Of a stretch of DNA of 64,000 nt, positions 12,795 through 25,871 are shown piece by piece. Origin of the DNA: Lama glama (taxonomy: Eukaryota); assembly GCA_028534125.1 (NCBI GenBank), contig CM052818.1, forward strand, positions 31,870,001-31,934,000, in the 5' to 3' direction. A program made the position numbers and the translations under genes. Below the pieces are notes generated by a model. It was not told the origin of the DNA, made no database searches, and was given only the letters and a program-made list of their open reading frames with translations. Each line of letters starts with the position of its first letter. Position 1 is the first letter of the stretch.

Positions 12795-14965
12795 GTAGCA
12801 ATTTAAAAATTGGGTCCCAAATCTTGAGAGGTGGGGAGGCTATGTCCACTCTCCTTGAATCTGGGCAGGTTTGTGACAATTTTCACCAATAGTTATTTAT
12901 TGCAGAAGTAACCCTGTATGACTTTCTGAGAGTAGGTCAGAAATGGCCATGTAGTTTTTAAAAAATTTTTTTACCGAAGTACAGCCAGTTACAATGTGTC
13001 AGTTTCTAGCGTACAGCACAGTGTCCCAGTCATGCATATACATACATATATTCATTTTCAGGTTCTTTTTCATTAAAGGTTATTAGAACATATTGAACGT
13101 GGTTCCCTGTACTATACAGAAGAAACTTTTTTAAAATCTATTTTTATGTATAGTGACTGACATTTGCAAATCTCAAACTCCCAAATTTATCCCTTCCCAC
13201 CCCCTTTCCCTGGTAACCATAAGATTATTTACTATGTCTGAGAGTCTGTTTCTGTTTTGTAGATGAATTCACATCTTTTTTTTTTTTAGATTCCACATAT
13301 GAGTGATATCATATGGTATTTTTCTTTCTCTTTCTGGCTTACTTCACTTAGAATGATTATCTCTAGGTCCATCCTTGTTACTGCAAATGGCATTATTTTA
13401 TTCTTTTTAATGGCTGAGTAGTATTTTTATATATATATATATACCATAACTTCTTTATCCAGTCATCTGTCCATGGACATTTAGGTTGTTTCCATGTCTT
13501 GGCTATTGTATACAGTGTTGCTATGAACATTGGGGTGCATGTATCTTTTCGAATTAGAGCTCCCTCCAGATATATACCCAGAAGTGGGATTGCTGGATCA
13601 TATGTTAAGTCTATTTTTAGTTTTTTGAGGAATCTCCATACTGATTTCCATAATGGCTGCACCAAACTACATTCCCACCAACAGTGTTAGGAGGGTTCCC
13701 TTTTCTATACATCCTCTCCAGCATTTATCATTCATGGACTTTTGAGTGATGGTCATTTCTGACTGGTGTGAGTTGATACCTCATTGTAGTTTTGATTTGC
13801 ATTTCTCTGGTAATTAGTGATACTGAGTATTTTTTCATGTGCCTGTTGGCCATTTGTATATCTTCATTGGAGAATTGCTTGTTTAGGTCTTCTGCCCGTT
13901 TTTGGATTGGGTTGTTTGTTTTTTTCTTATTAAATTGTATGAGCTGTTTATATATTCTGGAAATTAAGCCTTTGTCGGTCACATCATTTGCAAATATTTT
14001 CTCCCATTTTGTAGGTTGTTGTTTTGTTTTATTTATGGCTTCTTTTGCTGTGCAAAAGCTTCTAATTTTAATTAGGTCACATTTGTTTATTTTTGCTCTT
14101 ATTTTTTTTTTTTTCCTGGGTAGACTGCCCTAGGAGAACATTGCTAAGATTTATGTTAGAGAATGTTTTGTCTATGTTTTCTCCTAGGAGGTTTATTGTA
14201 TCTTGTCTTATATTTAAGTCTTTAAGCCATTTTGAGTTTATTTTTGTGTGTGGTGTGAGGGAGTGTTCTAAGTTCATTGATTTGCATGCTGCTATCCAGT
14301 TTTCCCAACACCACTTGCTGAAGAGACTGTCTTTTCTTCATTGTGTATTCTTGTCTCCTTTGTCAAAGATTAATTGACCATAGGTGTGTGGGTTTATTTC
14401 TGGGCTCTGTATTCTGTTCCATTAAGCCATATGTCTATTTTTGTGCCAATACCATGCTGCTTAAATTATTGTAGCTCTGGAGTATTGTCTAAAGTCTGGG
14501 TGGGTTATTCCTCCAGCTTTGTTCTTTTTCTTCAATGTTGCTTTGGCAGTTCTGGGTCTTCTCTGAGTCCATATAAATTTTAGGATTGTTTGTCCTAGCA
14601 AAAATGACCACGTAGTTTTCTCCTGATTCTCTTGAGATGCTCACTGTGGGAGAAACTAGCTACCTCGTAAGAAATCTGAGCACCCTCAGATAGTCATCAG
14701 GGCATTTTGGTAATCTGTCTCCACTAAGCCTAGTCTTGCAGCCACCCTTGTTAAAGTGCAAGACATATGAGTGATGCCATCATGGGCCCTCCATACAAGC
14801 CCACCTGCCCGCTGAATAACACCAAGCAACTCTAGTTGGGCCACAGAGAGCAGAAGAATCACCTAAGCTAAGCCTTCCCTGAATTTCTAAACCACAGAAT
14901 TCATGAGATATAATAAAATGGTTGTTGTTTTAAGCCACTACATTTTTGTGGTAATTTGTTACCTA
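12795..14965 (+). mobile_element. MaLR solo LTR (MLT1-type), split by L1 (about 12795-12958 and 14602-14965)
   Basis: 5' part 'ctccttgaatctgggcagg...gcagaagtaaccctgtatgacttt'; 3' end 'ataataaaatggttgttgttttaagccacta...ggtaatttgttac'. Confidence 0.8.
12959..14601 (-). mobile_element. 5'-truncated L1 (ORF2 3' part plus 3' UTR) with an 18 bp TSD
   Basis: Minus-strand ORF2 fragments ([31 protein letters not shown]). TSD aaatggccatgtagtttt (12941-12958) / aaatgaccacgtagtttt (14602-14619), 16/18 identical. Confidence 0.96.
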
Positions 14966-15194
14966 TAATGTGTCTATACCAGATGAACTATATGCCCAAT
15001 AAAATTCTGAGAATCACTAGACAAAATAACAGTAAATCATTCAGGGAGGGATAGAGAGAAATGTCAAATGCTAGGGTGGGTTAAGATGTTCCTGATTTCA
15101 AGTGGGAATGCTCTTCTTTCAGTCTTTCTCTTCTCATCTATACTGCATAAACCATCGCAAGTCTTATAATAAGAATTTGAAAACTGACATCTAT

Positions 15195-15385
15195 TAAATG
15201 TCTACACTGCCAAGCTTTGAGTTAAGTGCTTTACTGTGTTATATCAGCTACTCTACATAACAACCCTATGAGTGCGGTCTAATTATTCCTATGTTATAAA
15301 TGATGGAACTGAAGCATAATAGATTAACGTACTCAAGGTAAACTACCCCAAAGTTAAATATAGGTCTCTCTGATTTGAATTTCCC
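15195..15385 (-). mobile_element. MIR SINE
   Basis: 'taagtgctttactg...caaccctatgag...tgatggaactgaagc...caaggt'. Confidence 0.6.
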
Positions 15386-16312
15386 TTGATGGCACATGGT
15401 TGAGGTGCATTTGCCCTCAGGCCAGACAAGGTACTGTAAGCTCAGGGTACTCTTCCTTCCTTCTCTTCCCTCCTGGGAGAAAATGGACATGGTTGGTACT
15501 TCAGCCAGTGTTTTGATTTTCATATTTTTCTATATCTAGTCTCTGGTGGAAGGGCCAACAAAGATCAAGATGCAGGCGACCAAAGAGGCATTGGACACAG
15601 GGTGTTGCACACCTGTGATGAATTGTTCTTTGGCAACAGGCTCAAATGTAATTATTTGGCCTAAGAGAAACCTCTGTCTGTCTTAAAGGAGTAAGTAGAC
15701 CTGAGCCTAGTTTTTATCCCATTGAGTTGGAGCATCTTTGTATTCATCTCTTAGGAGAGAAATGCATTTCATTCAACATCTTCTACCTGGTGCTGCTGTG
15801 TGCTTGGTGCAGTGCTAACACTGTTGGAGGGGTACAGTGAAGAAAGAGACTCAGCACCCCCTCAGAACTTCCTCATCATGTACTAATGAATATCGCTGGG
15901 CAGAGGCCAGAAGATGGACAGTCTGGGAAGGCTGAGAAGGTTTTTTAGAGAAGCTGGCCTAAGACAGGCCTTGACAGATTTCATCAGACAGAGATGGGGG
16001 CAGATAGAGATTCAAGCAGTGAAATACTTAAGCTTAAAGCAAAGGTCTCAAGTAAGGAAGAGGCCAGAGAGATTGGGAAATGGTAAACAGACCTCAGTAG
16101 CTGGAGTTAGTCAAGGCTTTGCATTATGTGTGTGTGGTGGGGGGAGGTGGGAGAATGGGTGGGGTCCCCATCCTATTGACCTTCCTAACAGAGAAGTAAG
16201 GAATTCTTTAATGCTGCTGCTACTCCTCCTCCTTCTCAAAATTCCCTGTCAATATCAACAGTAAGCTTACTTGTTTTTCCATTTATGATCAAGGAAGTGT
16301 TTGGATATTAGT

Positions 16313-16482
16313 TGGAATTGCCAGATTCAGCAAATAAAAATACAGGATGCCCAGTTGCATTTGAGTTTCAGATAAAGAAGTTCCATGCAATATCTGGGAT
16401 GCAACATTTTAGCATGTGCTGAAAATTTATTTTTTCTTTATCTGAAATTCAAATGTGACTGAGCATTCTGTAAAGGGAACTC
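16313..16482. mobile_element. MER53 palindromic hAT MITE
   Basis: 'ttgccagattcagcaaataaaaatacaggatgcccagttgcatttgagtttcagataaa' pairs with its inverted arm 'tttatctgaaattcaaatgtgactgagcattctgta'. Confidence 0.85.
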
Positions 16483-18337
16483 TAGTATTAGGAAAACATA
16501 AATAGCCCCTTGGATACCTCATGTCTGTTCCACAGATGAGGTGAAACCTACTTGGTATTTTCTAATTTTTATAAATAAATGAAGTTTCTCTTTGACCTAT
16601 TTGCAATTTGTCACTTGCTTTCTTGCTGTATGCTTTTATTCTCCCAATTTTAACATTTTCAGATCTGATAACCAGTTCTGGAAGGTGTTCTTCCTTAAGG
16701 AAGGTTTGCTATGAGGGGACACCAAGGCTCTCATATTGATAATCCTTCATAAACTTTTGCATTTAATGGCAAACTTGGAAATGTTTATGTTTATTTAGAC
16801 AGCCTCAAAAAGTGTCCCTGTTTGCAGATGGACAAATTGGTGGGGACTGTGATGTGGTTGGGGTCTTTACCAGATTCCTTTCTTGAAAGGAGGGCAGAAC
16901 TTTACAAAAGGGCATGACCCACCGCTGGGACTCACTGGATTTAGGAGTCTCTAGTTTCTCCCTCCATTTTGTTGGTGGTAGAAATTATAGAGAATTTGAG
17001 ATTTAAGACCAGGGAAAGGGGAGGAGTACATTCAATGGAGATAATGATGAGAGAGCTTCCTTTTGACCTAGAGAAAGGGAAGGGGAAGTGAAGGGTGAGA
17101 AATTAGGAAAAGTTTCACAGAGGAAGTGGCATTTCAGCTGAGCCTTAAGTCAGACAGAGTTTTCACCTCATTCTTTCCTGTGGAATATCATGCATTCTTC
17201 TAGTGCCATCATGTTACTTTGTATAGACTGCAATTCTCAACTAGTAACAGCACATGGAGTAGTCAGGGAGACAGCCAGCAACCCTTTGTGTCTGAATGAG
17301 CTGGCAGGGGAGCCCGCCCCATGGGCATAAAAGTTTTCTGTGCCCGACAGTGCCACTGTGCCCTTTGCTCCAGAGTCAGAACAATTCAGCCCCATCTATC
17401 TCCCTTGCTTCCTATAACATACAGAAATGCTGCTCTTTGAAACTTGGTAAAAGCACCAATCTGCCAGTCAGAAGAGGGAAGATCATAATTAATGATAATA
17501 GCCCTGTTTTAATTATAGCTATTTAGCAAGTTAGCAGAACAATACCAGTAACACAGCTCGACACTGAATGGGTCAGGAGCAGCCTGCTGTTTCTCTCAGC
17601 ATTCACGTGATGCCCCTGCAACTTTGCAAGGCTCAGCTCCCTGAAGCTGGAGGGATTGCAAGTGAGCGCTGAGAAGTCTGCATAAAGGCTCCCTTTAACC
17701 CAGCAAAGTCTTTCTTTCTTGCTCTCTTCTATGTAATTTGCATCTCATGCTGGGTGCCCCTGGCTTGAATCAGTGGTCTCTGAGGTTAGAAGGGGGTAAG
17801 AGGCAAGACCTGTGGTACGCAAATCCCAGTGAGTCCTCTTCTGAGCCATCCATCCTTGGCTTAGCTCTCTGTCCTGGCCAGACCTAGAATCCTAGCTAGG
17901 TAACCCTGGAAGAGACGTTAGAGATCCTCTAATCAAGAGACTTTCAAACTTCTTAAGTCTGGAAGAGCTGCTCTACTTGAAGGGGAGGGATGAGAGTGCC
18001 CACAAAGCCCTGCTCACCCCACCTCCATCTTGCCCTTGTTATAGCCACCTGGTTGCTCCATAGAATCCTTAAGACTCCTTGAAGAAGTTGTTCATCACCC
18101 TCATTTTTAAAATGGAGGGAACTAGAAAAAATACAGCTTTCCTACATCCAAGCGATTAGGTAAGGGAAGAATTAAAACCTGGTCTCCTCCCTCTGAGGCA
18201 TATACCTTCATAATAAACCCACTTAGGTTATTCTTTCAGTGTTGAAACCCAAATCCATGTCTCCATAGGTCCCCAGGGATCTATAATAGAGGAAAGGAGA
18301 TGCCTAGGGAGGTCTTGGGGTGGGGAGAGCTCCTAAG

Positions 18338-18387
18338 TCAGTGGCTTTTAAGCTGTGTTCCATGAGTGGACTGGGACTGGGGAATCC

Positions 18388-18436
<49 letters not shown>

Positions 18437-18530
18437 TTATGGACACCCTTTTTTGTTGTTGAGAAGAGGGTCCATAGTTTTCATCAAATTTCAGCAGGAT
18501 ACATGACCCCCAGTATTTAAGAACAATTGC
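18338..18530 (-). mobile_element. hAT-Charlie MITE remnant (MER103-like) containing a (GT)n(GA)n microsatellite at about 18388-18432
   Basis: Ends 'cagtggcttttaag' and 'ttaagaacaattg'; internal 'agggtccatagttttcatcaaatt'. Confidence 0.5.
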
Positions 18531-20444
18531 CCGAGATTATTCTGCAAGTCAGTGAAGGGCTCTGACAAACCCTAAGCTGCTGCTTCCTTTCCAGATTAGA
18601 TTGGCACACCCTCCTTCTGGGGCCATTTCAGTCTCCTCGGTTGATTCTTCTGACTTGGCAGCTAATTCCAAGTGACCACAACCCAACCGAGATAGAACCT
18701 GACAGGCGGCAAAGACGTGGAGCAGAATGGAGAGGAATGGAGAGGAATCTCCCCAAGGCAGCCAGGGGAGATTCTCTCTGAGATGACAAAATGGCCTTGT
18801 CATTAATGAGGCTGACATCTCTCCAAGGATGGGTCTTCAAAAAAGGCAGTACTTCCCTGATCTCTTTCCTGACAACACCCAGCTTTTAACCAGATGCAGA
18901 GGAAATCAGTAGGACGGGTTTCTTAGATCTACTTTAAATCTGCCACGGCACATTGGCAGTCAGAGAAAATAATCGCAGGTGATAAAGAGTTGAATTAGCA
19001 TCAGATGACTATGAAGTAATAATTCGTCCCTTTGAAATAATTCAACCTTTCTTCTCTCTGACAAATTCACCCCATGAAGTTTCAGCCTTGTTAGTTACCA
19101 AATTTACAAGAAACTTACTGGCTGCTTCTTACCTAAGGAAAGAGAAATTACTTCCCGAGTTTGGCCTGACATTATTCCTTCCTCTTCTGATTCCTATCGT
19201 GGGCATGTTGTCTTTGTTTTCAAGGAACAATAATGTTGTTGCTTTTGAGAGCAAAAGAAAAGAATAAACTGATGTATTACAGCCACCCCATCTTTCATCT
19301 ATTCAAGATGAATAGACCGTTGTCCTCAACACCCGAACTTCCCACTTGTCAGTCTCCTAGGACACAAGTGGCACTACAGCATTGGTTTGGGAGGGGAGGG
19401 CATTAGACCAAGGAGCTGGAGCAGAAAAGTTTAAAACAGGCTGGCTGGTCACACACCATTGCCAGTCATTGATGAGGTAAGGATATTGCACCAGAGTGTA
19501 AATCATCTTCATCACTGAGTTTGCAGGTTAGTTCAGCTGATGTTTTTTTCATTGCAAGACCTTCTTGAAGGAGGATGCAGTGTGTTGCAGCATGCTTGGT
19601 GTACACTCCTTATTTTTTCAGGGACTGGCTCTTTGAGAAGCACTGATTGAAAATAAAAGTGTTTCCTTAAGCTGCTTTGTTTAAAGATTGGAAGTTTTCC
19701 AGGCTAGATGCTCTCAGAATCCAGGAGAATTGATTGGAGGAGGGATTCTTGTCCACGGGGTCAAATCTGTGTGTCCTGGTGCTGCTATGTAGGCCCAGGC
19801 TACCTGTGGACAGTAGCCCTTCAGGATTATGCATGGGAAAGCTGAGTGCCCCAGTCACTGAGTGCAAAGGAACTCATAGTTCTGGAGTCATTGTTGGCAA
19901 AGGATGCTGGATGGGATTGGCTTCCCTGGGGGCACAGGGCCCACCAGGGTGACATTCCTCAGCATCAGTGCTGTTTCTTGCCTACTCACTGATTGGCCCC
20001 TTGGCCTAGGCTCTGCCCAGCCAGCCTGCTGTGCTCCTGGGCAGCTCCTAGCCCTGGCCTCTCTCCCTGCTCCATCCAGCCTTAACTTTTTGACTTCTTG
20101 ATTCCTGGCTGACGTCTCCTGATGCCACTTTCCTCATAGACCCAGTGACCCTATATCCCACACACTTGCCACCTGTAATGCCCCCCAACACTTCAGCCCA
20201 GTCTTCTGCTGGGCTTGGTGCCATGTGCTGGTCCAGCTCCCCTATTTTGAAATTATCTTTGTGTCCCTCATGCTATGGCAAGGGAGTTCTTTCATCATAG
20301 TGATTAGCAACTGCTTCATTCTCCAGGGTGGACTGAAAATTCCAAGACCCCAGTAGTGACCTGGGCCTACTGGTGACATCCAGATCTGAGCTGGGTAAAG
20401 TGGTATTAGAAAATGCCCCAGCAGGACTGTGCGGCATATTTGCC

Positions 20445-20630
20445 AGAGAACAAAACTGAGGCTTGCAATTAAATCTGGAATTGATGGTTTACCAGCTGTT
20501 GGAGCTCAGGCAAATCACGTGACCACCGAGCTTCTGTTTCTTAATCTGTAAACTATGGATAATCACAGGGATGTATGAGGACAGTAGATGCAGTGGATGT
20601 GCACTTAACACGAGGCTTGGCTTACAATGA
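20445..20630 (+). mobile_element. MIR SINE (degenerate)
   Basis: 'ggcaaatcacgtgacc...ctgtttcttaatctgtaaa'. Confidence 0.55.
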
Positions 20631-21399
20631 TTTCTGTTACTATCACTCAATCTCCCAGAGACCTAATTTCCATAAAGATCCAAAACTTTCTTCTTTCTCT
20701 TTTCTCTAGTTTCTGAGTCTCCTGCACTCCTCAGGGGGTGGAATACTGTGTCTACACACTAAATGTTTCTCAGAGGCAATCAAGTTCCTTTAAAAATGGT
20801 AAACAGGTGATTTCTTCGTAAACAAAAATCTGTGTTCTTGATTTATCCTACAATCCAACAAAATGAAAGAGACAGCCTTTTATTCTGTGCAACAGCAGAA
20901 AAACCATTTTAACCAAACAATACTCTCTTCAGTTTGTCTTCCACGTTGAGATGGAAGGGATAATCACCACTATGGACTGCAGTAAGCAAGTGGGCCCCTG
21001 CCCTCTGATGCAGTGGTCATGTCTCTCCTGTGGGTCTTGGAAGGAGACCAGTGTACTGGTGCTGGTAGAGAGAAGAGGGTTGTCCTTGCCTCTGCTTCCT
21101 GGGAGCCATATGGCAGCCAGTCATGCCTCGGGGAATGGCAGCCTCCTGGGCAGTCTGCTGCATTCTACTGAGCCAGGGGCAACCACAAGGAAAAGCTGTC
21201 CTGCCCTGAAGGCCTGGTTCCCAAATTGCAGATGAGTAGAGCCTCTGTGTGGGAGGATTGGCAAAGTGGGGGTCTTGCTCATAATTTGCCTCTGCATTCC
21301 GTGAAATTTTGAACCAGTTAAATCGATAGTGGACTTAGAGCCTCAGGAAATAACTAACTTATTCACAGAACAAAGTAACAAATGAACACATGGGAGACT

Positions 21400-21750
21400 G
21401 TTTATTTAATACCTACTGTGTGCCAAGCACCATTCTAGGCAATAGGAATATAGCAGTGAACAAAATGGAAAAAAGTTCCTGCTCTCATGGTGTTTATAAT
21501 ATATTCTCAAGGGGAGAGCGGACAAGAAATATATAGCATATCAGGGGCAATAAAAGTTAGGGGGGAAATGGAGCCTGGGAAGGGGGTGTACAGTGATAGT
21601 GATGCTCATTTACATAGAATGCGCAAGGCAGGCTCTGTGACAAGTGATGTTAGAGTAGGAGTGGGAATGACGTGGAAGATGGAGCTAGAGCATGCCTGGA
21701 GGAAAGATCTCCACGCGGAGGGAACAGCAAGCACAAAGTTCAGAGGTGGG
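21400..21750 (-). mobile_element. L2 LINE 3' fragment
   Basis: 'tttatttaatacctactgtgtgccaagcaccattctagg...agcagtgaacaaaa...gggaacagcaagcacaaag'. Confidence 0.75.
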
Positions 21751-22309
21751 AGTGTATTTTGGTTCATATCTGCCTCGATCTTTAGCTTAAAAACAAGCAA
21801 ATAAAAAGTTACATATTTATTTCTGATATGTAAGTATGACTCCACAGGGATCAAAGGGAACACTGATCTTTGAGCAAATTACTTCATTGGACTTCAGTTT
21901 ACTCACTTATGGTGCAGATGCACTGGATTGGGTTTGCTTTGAGCTCCCTTCTGTAGGATGGGGTTTGGAGACTGATTTTTGTTGTGGATACTGTGAGGCT
22001 ATTAAAGCAGAGAGAATCTGGAATCAAGGCATTACACTTAGGTGTGGTATCTTTGTTTGCTTCAACCCTTTAACCTTCATACCTGGCAAAGGAATACTCA
22101 CTCAATAAATATTTGCTGAATGAATCGCCTTGAAGTCAAGCAGACAGATGAGGTCCAGGAGGAGAAACTAAAGTCAGGAATGCAGCAGGCACTTGGGAAT
22201 AAAGGGGATGGGTAGTTAGATTTGATGGCCTTTCAGGTCACTTTCAATCTGGAAAATCTAGTTCAACTCCAGTGTTTGCTTGAATACAGGTTTTTCTAGA
22301 TGGCACATT

Positions 22310-22770
22310 ATTCTGAATTTTAGCAGCAGCTTAAAGCAGCAAACATTTATTATCTTAGAGTTTCTAAGGGCCAGGATTTCAGAAATGGCTTAGCTGGGTC
22401 TCAGAGTCTCTCCTGAGTCTGCAGTCAGCTGTTGGTCAGGGCTGAAGTCACCTCAAAGCTGGACCAGGGCTGGAAGACTGGCTTCCAAGATGGCTCACTC
22501 ATGTGGCTCTTGGCAGGGGGCTTCAGTTCCTCATCCTGAGGGCCTCTCCACAGGGCTGCTGGAGTGTCCTCACCAGGACCAGGGATTAGGGTGAGGGAAA
22601 TTCTGGCTCTACATGTCACAATGACAGTTCCTCCAGCATGAGTGACTGAAGAGGGAGGGAGCAAGGTAGAAGCGGCAGGGCTTTTTCTGTTAGTTGGAGG
22701 CCAGTCCTGAGGTCTACCTGGTACTCTAAGAAAGGCATATGTAAGAATTTGTGAACTTTTAAAAGTCACT
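22310..22770 (-). mobile_element. MaLR solo LTR (MLT1F/E-like)
   Basis: 'gcttaaagcagcaaacatttattatct...ggcttagctggg...gcttccaagatggctcactcatgtggct'. Confidence 0.8.
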
Positions 22771-22939
22771 GCATCCACCTCATCACGTTGTTAACTTCCT
22801 CATCATGTTGTTAACTTTCCTTGCTCAGATGCTCATTTCTAGCTCTTAGCATACTGTTTAAAACATGCAAAGCATTAGATTAATGTTCATTCATATATCT
22901 AGGGGAAAAGGCAAAAATGGGTGGACAAAAGGCTGAGTG

Positions 22940-23705
22940 GGTGGTCAGATATTTAAAAACACATGAGCCACACCCAAGAGATTCTAATTAAATTGGTTTT
23001 AAGTGAGATTTGAGCACAGATATGATTTTTTAAAAATATTTTGTTCTTACTAAATTTTTATGTATTTCTTATTGTGATAAATATACATAACATAAAATTC
23101 AACATTTTAACCGTACATTGACATTAAACGCATTCAGGATATTGTGTAACCAAAACCATTATTTCTAGAACTTGTTCATTACCCAAACAGAAACTCTGTA
23201 CCCATTTGACAATAACTCCCCATTCTTCACTCCCTCCAAACCATGGTTACATCTGTTCTACTTTCTGTCTCTATGAATTCACTTTTTCTAGGTGCTTTGT
23301 ATAAATGAAATCATGTAATATTTGTCATTTTGTGTATAGCTTATTTCACTTAGCTTAATGTTTTCAAGATTCATCCATGTTGTAGCATGTGTCAGAATTT
23401 CATTCCCTTTAGGACTGAATAATATTACATTGTACATACATACCACATTTTATTTATTCATTCATCTGTTGATAGACATTTGGATTGTTTCCACCTTTTG
23501 GCAATAGTGAATTATGCTGCTATGCACATTGGCATGCAGGTATCTGTTTGAGCCCCTGCTTTCAGTTTTTTTGGGATATAAATCCAGAAGTGGAGTTGCT
23601 GGATCATGTAATAATTCCATGTTTAACTTTTTGAGAAACTGTAATATATTTTTAAAAGTTTCTCAGGTGACTCTGATGTGCAGCCAGAGTGATCAAGACT
23701 GACTA
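22940..23705 (+). mobile_element. MER5B-like hAT MITE split by L1MB (about 22940-23035 and 23645-23705)
   Basis: 'cacacccaagagattctaattaaattggt' resumes as 'ttttaaaagtttctcaggtgactctgatgtgcagccag'. Confidence 0.55.
23055..23642 (-). mobile_element. Old L1 (L1MB-like) 3' end
   Basis: 'acataacataaaattcaacattttaacc...ctactttctgtctctatgaatt...gagttgctggatcatg...tttaactttttgagaaactg'. Confidence 0.9.
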
Positions 23706-25871
23706 TAGGTGAGGACTTCTAAGGAGTTTGATCTGATGGCAGAGGAAGAACAGAACTAGGAGTCAAAGTAGATCTTTGTAGTTAAGTCCATGGTGTTTGT
23801 ATCTGTGCAAACTCCAATATCATTTATGAAGTCTCCTCTGATACAAGAATTACCGTATGCAAGTCCGGAATCCACTCTTGGCCTCTCCGTTGGCTTCTTA
23901 TAGGATTTTCTGAAATGATTTCCTCGCATGTATCTCAGTTTCCTCACGTGGAAACCTATATCATGCCTGGTTTTCACCTCTCTTCCTGGTATGTTGAGAA
24001 AAGACATTGGTAACATGGAGACAAAATCTCTGAAGTGTGCTTGAGTAGTATAAACAGTGCTTTCTCTGGATACATGTGGACCAAGAGGTCCTGTGCATGA
24101 TATGTTAAGCATTCTAGGTAAGGGCTTCAGCAGTGTCCCTTACTGTCACATCTGAATTTTCTTATCAATTTCTGAGTTCGTCTCAAGAGAGAGGGAAATG
24201 TCTGATCTGATGTGTCTGATATTTCACTTAGTCCCTTTGGATTCAGCTTGTCCTTGCCAAGGTTCCTTTCAAGTATGTCAGCCTTTGTCACACCAACAGA
24301 GCATTTTTTGTACTGGGCTTCAGTTGAGAGATGTCAAGTGTTGCTTGGTTCTGGGTGGTCAAGGTCAGGTGGGGACCAGTGAAGGAATTCATAAATGAGA
24401 AAAAAATCGTATAATGTTTACAATTTTTAAAGCCACAAAGACAATCACACCAACAAGCATTTTGGGATGCACAAATCCTGGGGCAGTGGCACAGGAGGAT
24501 TTGTACATACATCTGTTTGCATCAGTAGATTTGGTCGGTAGTTAGTGGATGCTTTGAGAGCAGAGCAGTTTCTATTCACAGTTGGGGAGGTCATTGTAAG
24601 AATGCCCCTTTTTGGAACCCCTGTCTCTCTGCTGCCAAATATGGGCTATGCTGCAAGAGAGAGCTTCCAGAACAAACCAGGTTCCCATGACACATGGGGA
24701 AATAGCTACTTTATTAGCCATAGGCCATCACCTTGTTGAGGACATTAAAGGGTCCTATTTTTGAGGCCCATTGCAGAGTGGAAGTGCTTCTCAGGCAGCT
24801 GTGACCTGGGTGGTGAGGAAACAATGGGGTTCTGATTGTTCTGGTGGCATTTCCATATCACAGATGCCCAAGAAGTGTAACTCCAGCTCTGTTGGCTGCT
24901 GCTCTGCTCAAGATGCAGCCACTGGGAGGCATCTGCTTCTTCCTGTCGGGCTTCCATTAAGATATTGCTTTGACTCCTGATGCTGAATTCTCTCCCTAGA
25001 GTTTGGCTCTGGGCACCTTCTGGATTCTGTCTCTGGGCAGATTTTTAGCATCTTGGTTTGCGCCACTGATTTTAATTGGCCCTGTAACTCCTGTCTGACC
25101 TGGAACCAATCCTTGAACACAGTTGTTATTACTGTCTCCCAACATTATCATGGGGTTTTTCTTTCCAAGGGCCTGTACATGCCAAATGCCAGGGTTCTGG
25201 TCCTGCTTTAGCTTCTGTTGCTTCCTTGGCATGTGCTGGGCTGACTTCAGGAGCTCTCTGAATCCCAGTGCACACCTTTCCTCCAGCTGCTCCCTCTGCC
25301 CCCTACAAATGGCATCCTAGCTCTGGATATGATCTTTGGGAGTAGTTCAGAGAAGAGGTATCTGAAAGTAAGCCATTGGATTCTTGACTTTTTATCATTA
25401 ACATGAGAAATGATACTTGGTTTGAAATGGGAGCCCATAGCACTTAGTTGTTGCCTTGATAAAACATTACAGACAGTGGCCAGAGCCACAGCCTGGGGTG
25501 GATACCAGTAATGCTCCAGATTCCTGGTGGGATTATGGATGGGGACATAGTGAACTGAGAAGCCCACACAGTCTAAGCAAATTCCAAAGTAGCCTTTGGG
25601 AATCCCCTGGGGCTCTTCCAAGGAGAGATGCTGTACATCTCTTATACTGCTTAGTTTTTGTTGAGTAAATGTGTCAGCCAACTTGAAAGTGAGGAGAGAT
25701 GGTTTTGAACAAATCTAAAGCAGAGATGAGGAAGAAGAAATTTATAGAAATATATAGTTATAAGAGACCTTAACTGATTACCTGTTTGTCTACATGTTTT
25801 GTCTCCTCACCAGATGAGAAAACTGAGGCTTGGAAGGATCACAGGATATCCTTAACATCATACAGCTTTTC

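Larger units (their letters stand above)
12662..15020 (+). mobile_element. MER5A1-like hAT-Charlie MITE, split (about 12662-12790 and 14978-15020) by a MaLR LTR and an L1
   Basis: 'cagcatcatttgggaaattgttaaaaattcagaatcccagg...gaatctgcattttaataggat' resumes as 'ccagatgaactatatgcccaataaaattctgagaatcact'. Confidence 0.7.

Noticed and set aside
22778..22817. 20 bp tandem duplication (cctcatcaYgttgttaactt)
   Set aside because: Ordinary local slippage duplication with two units and no spacers.
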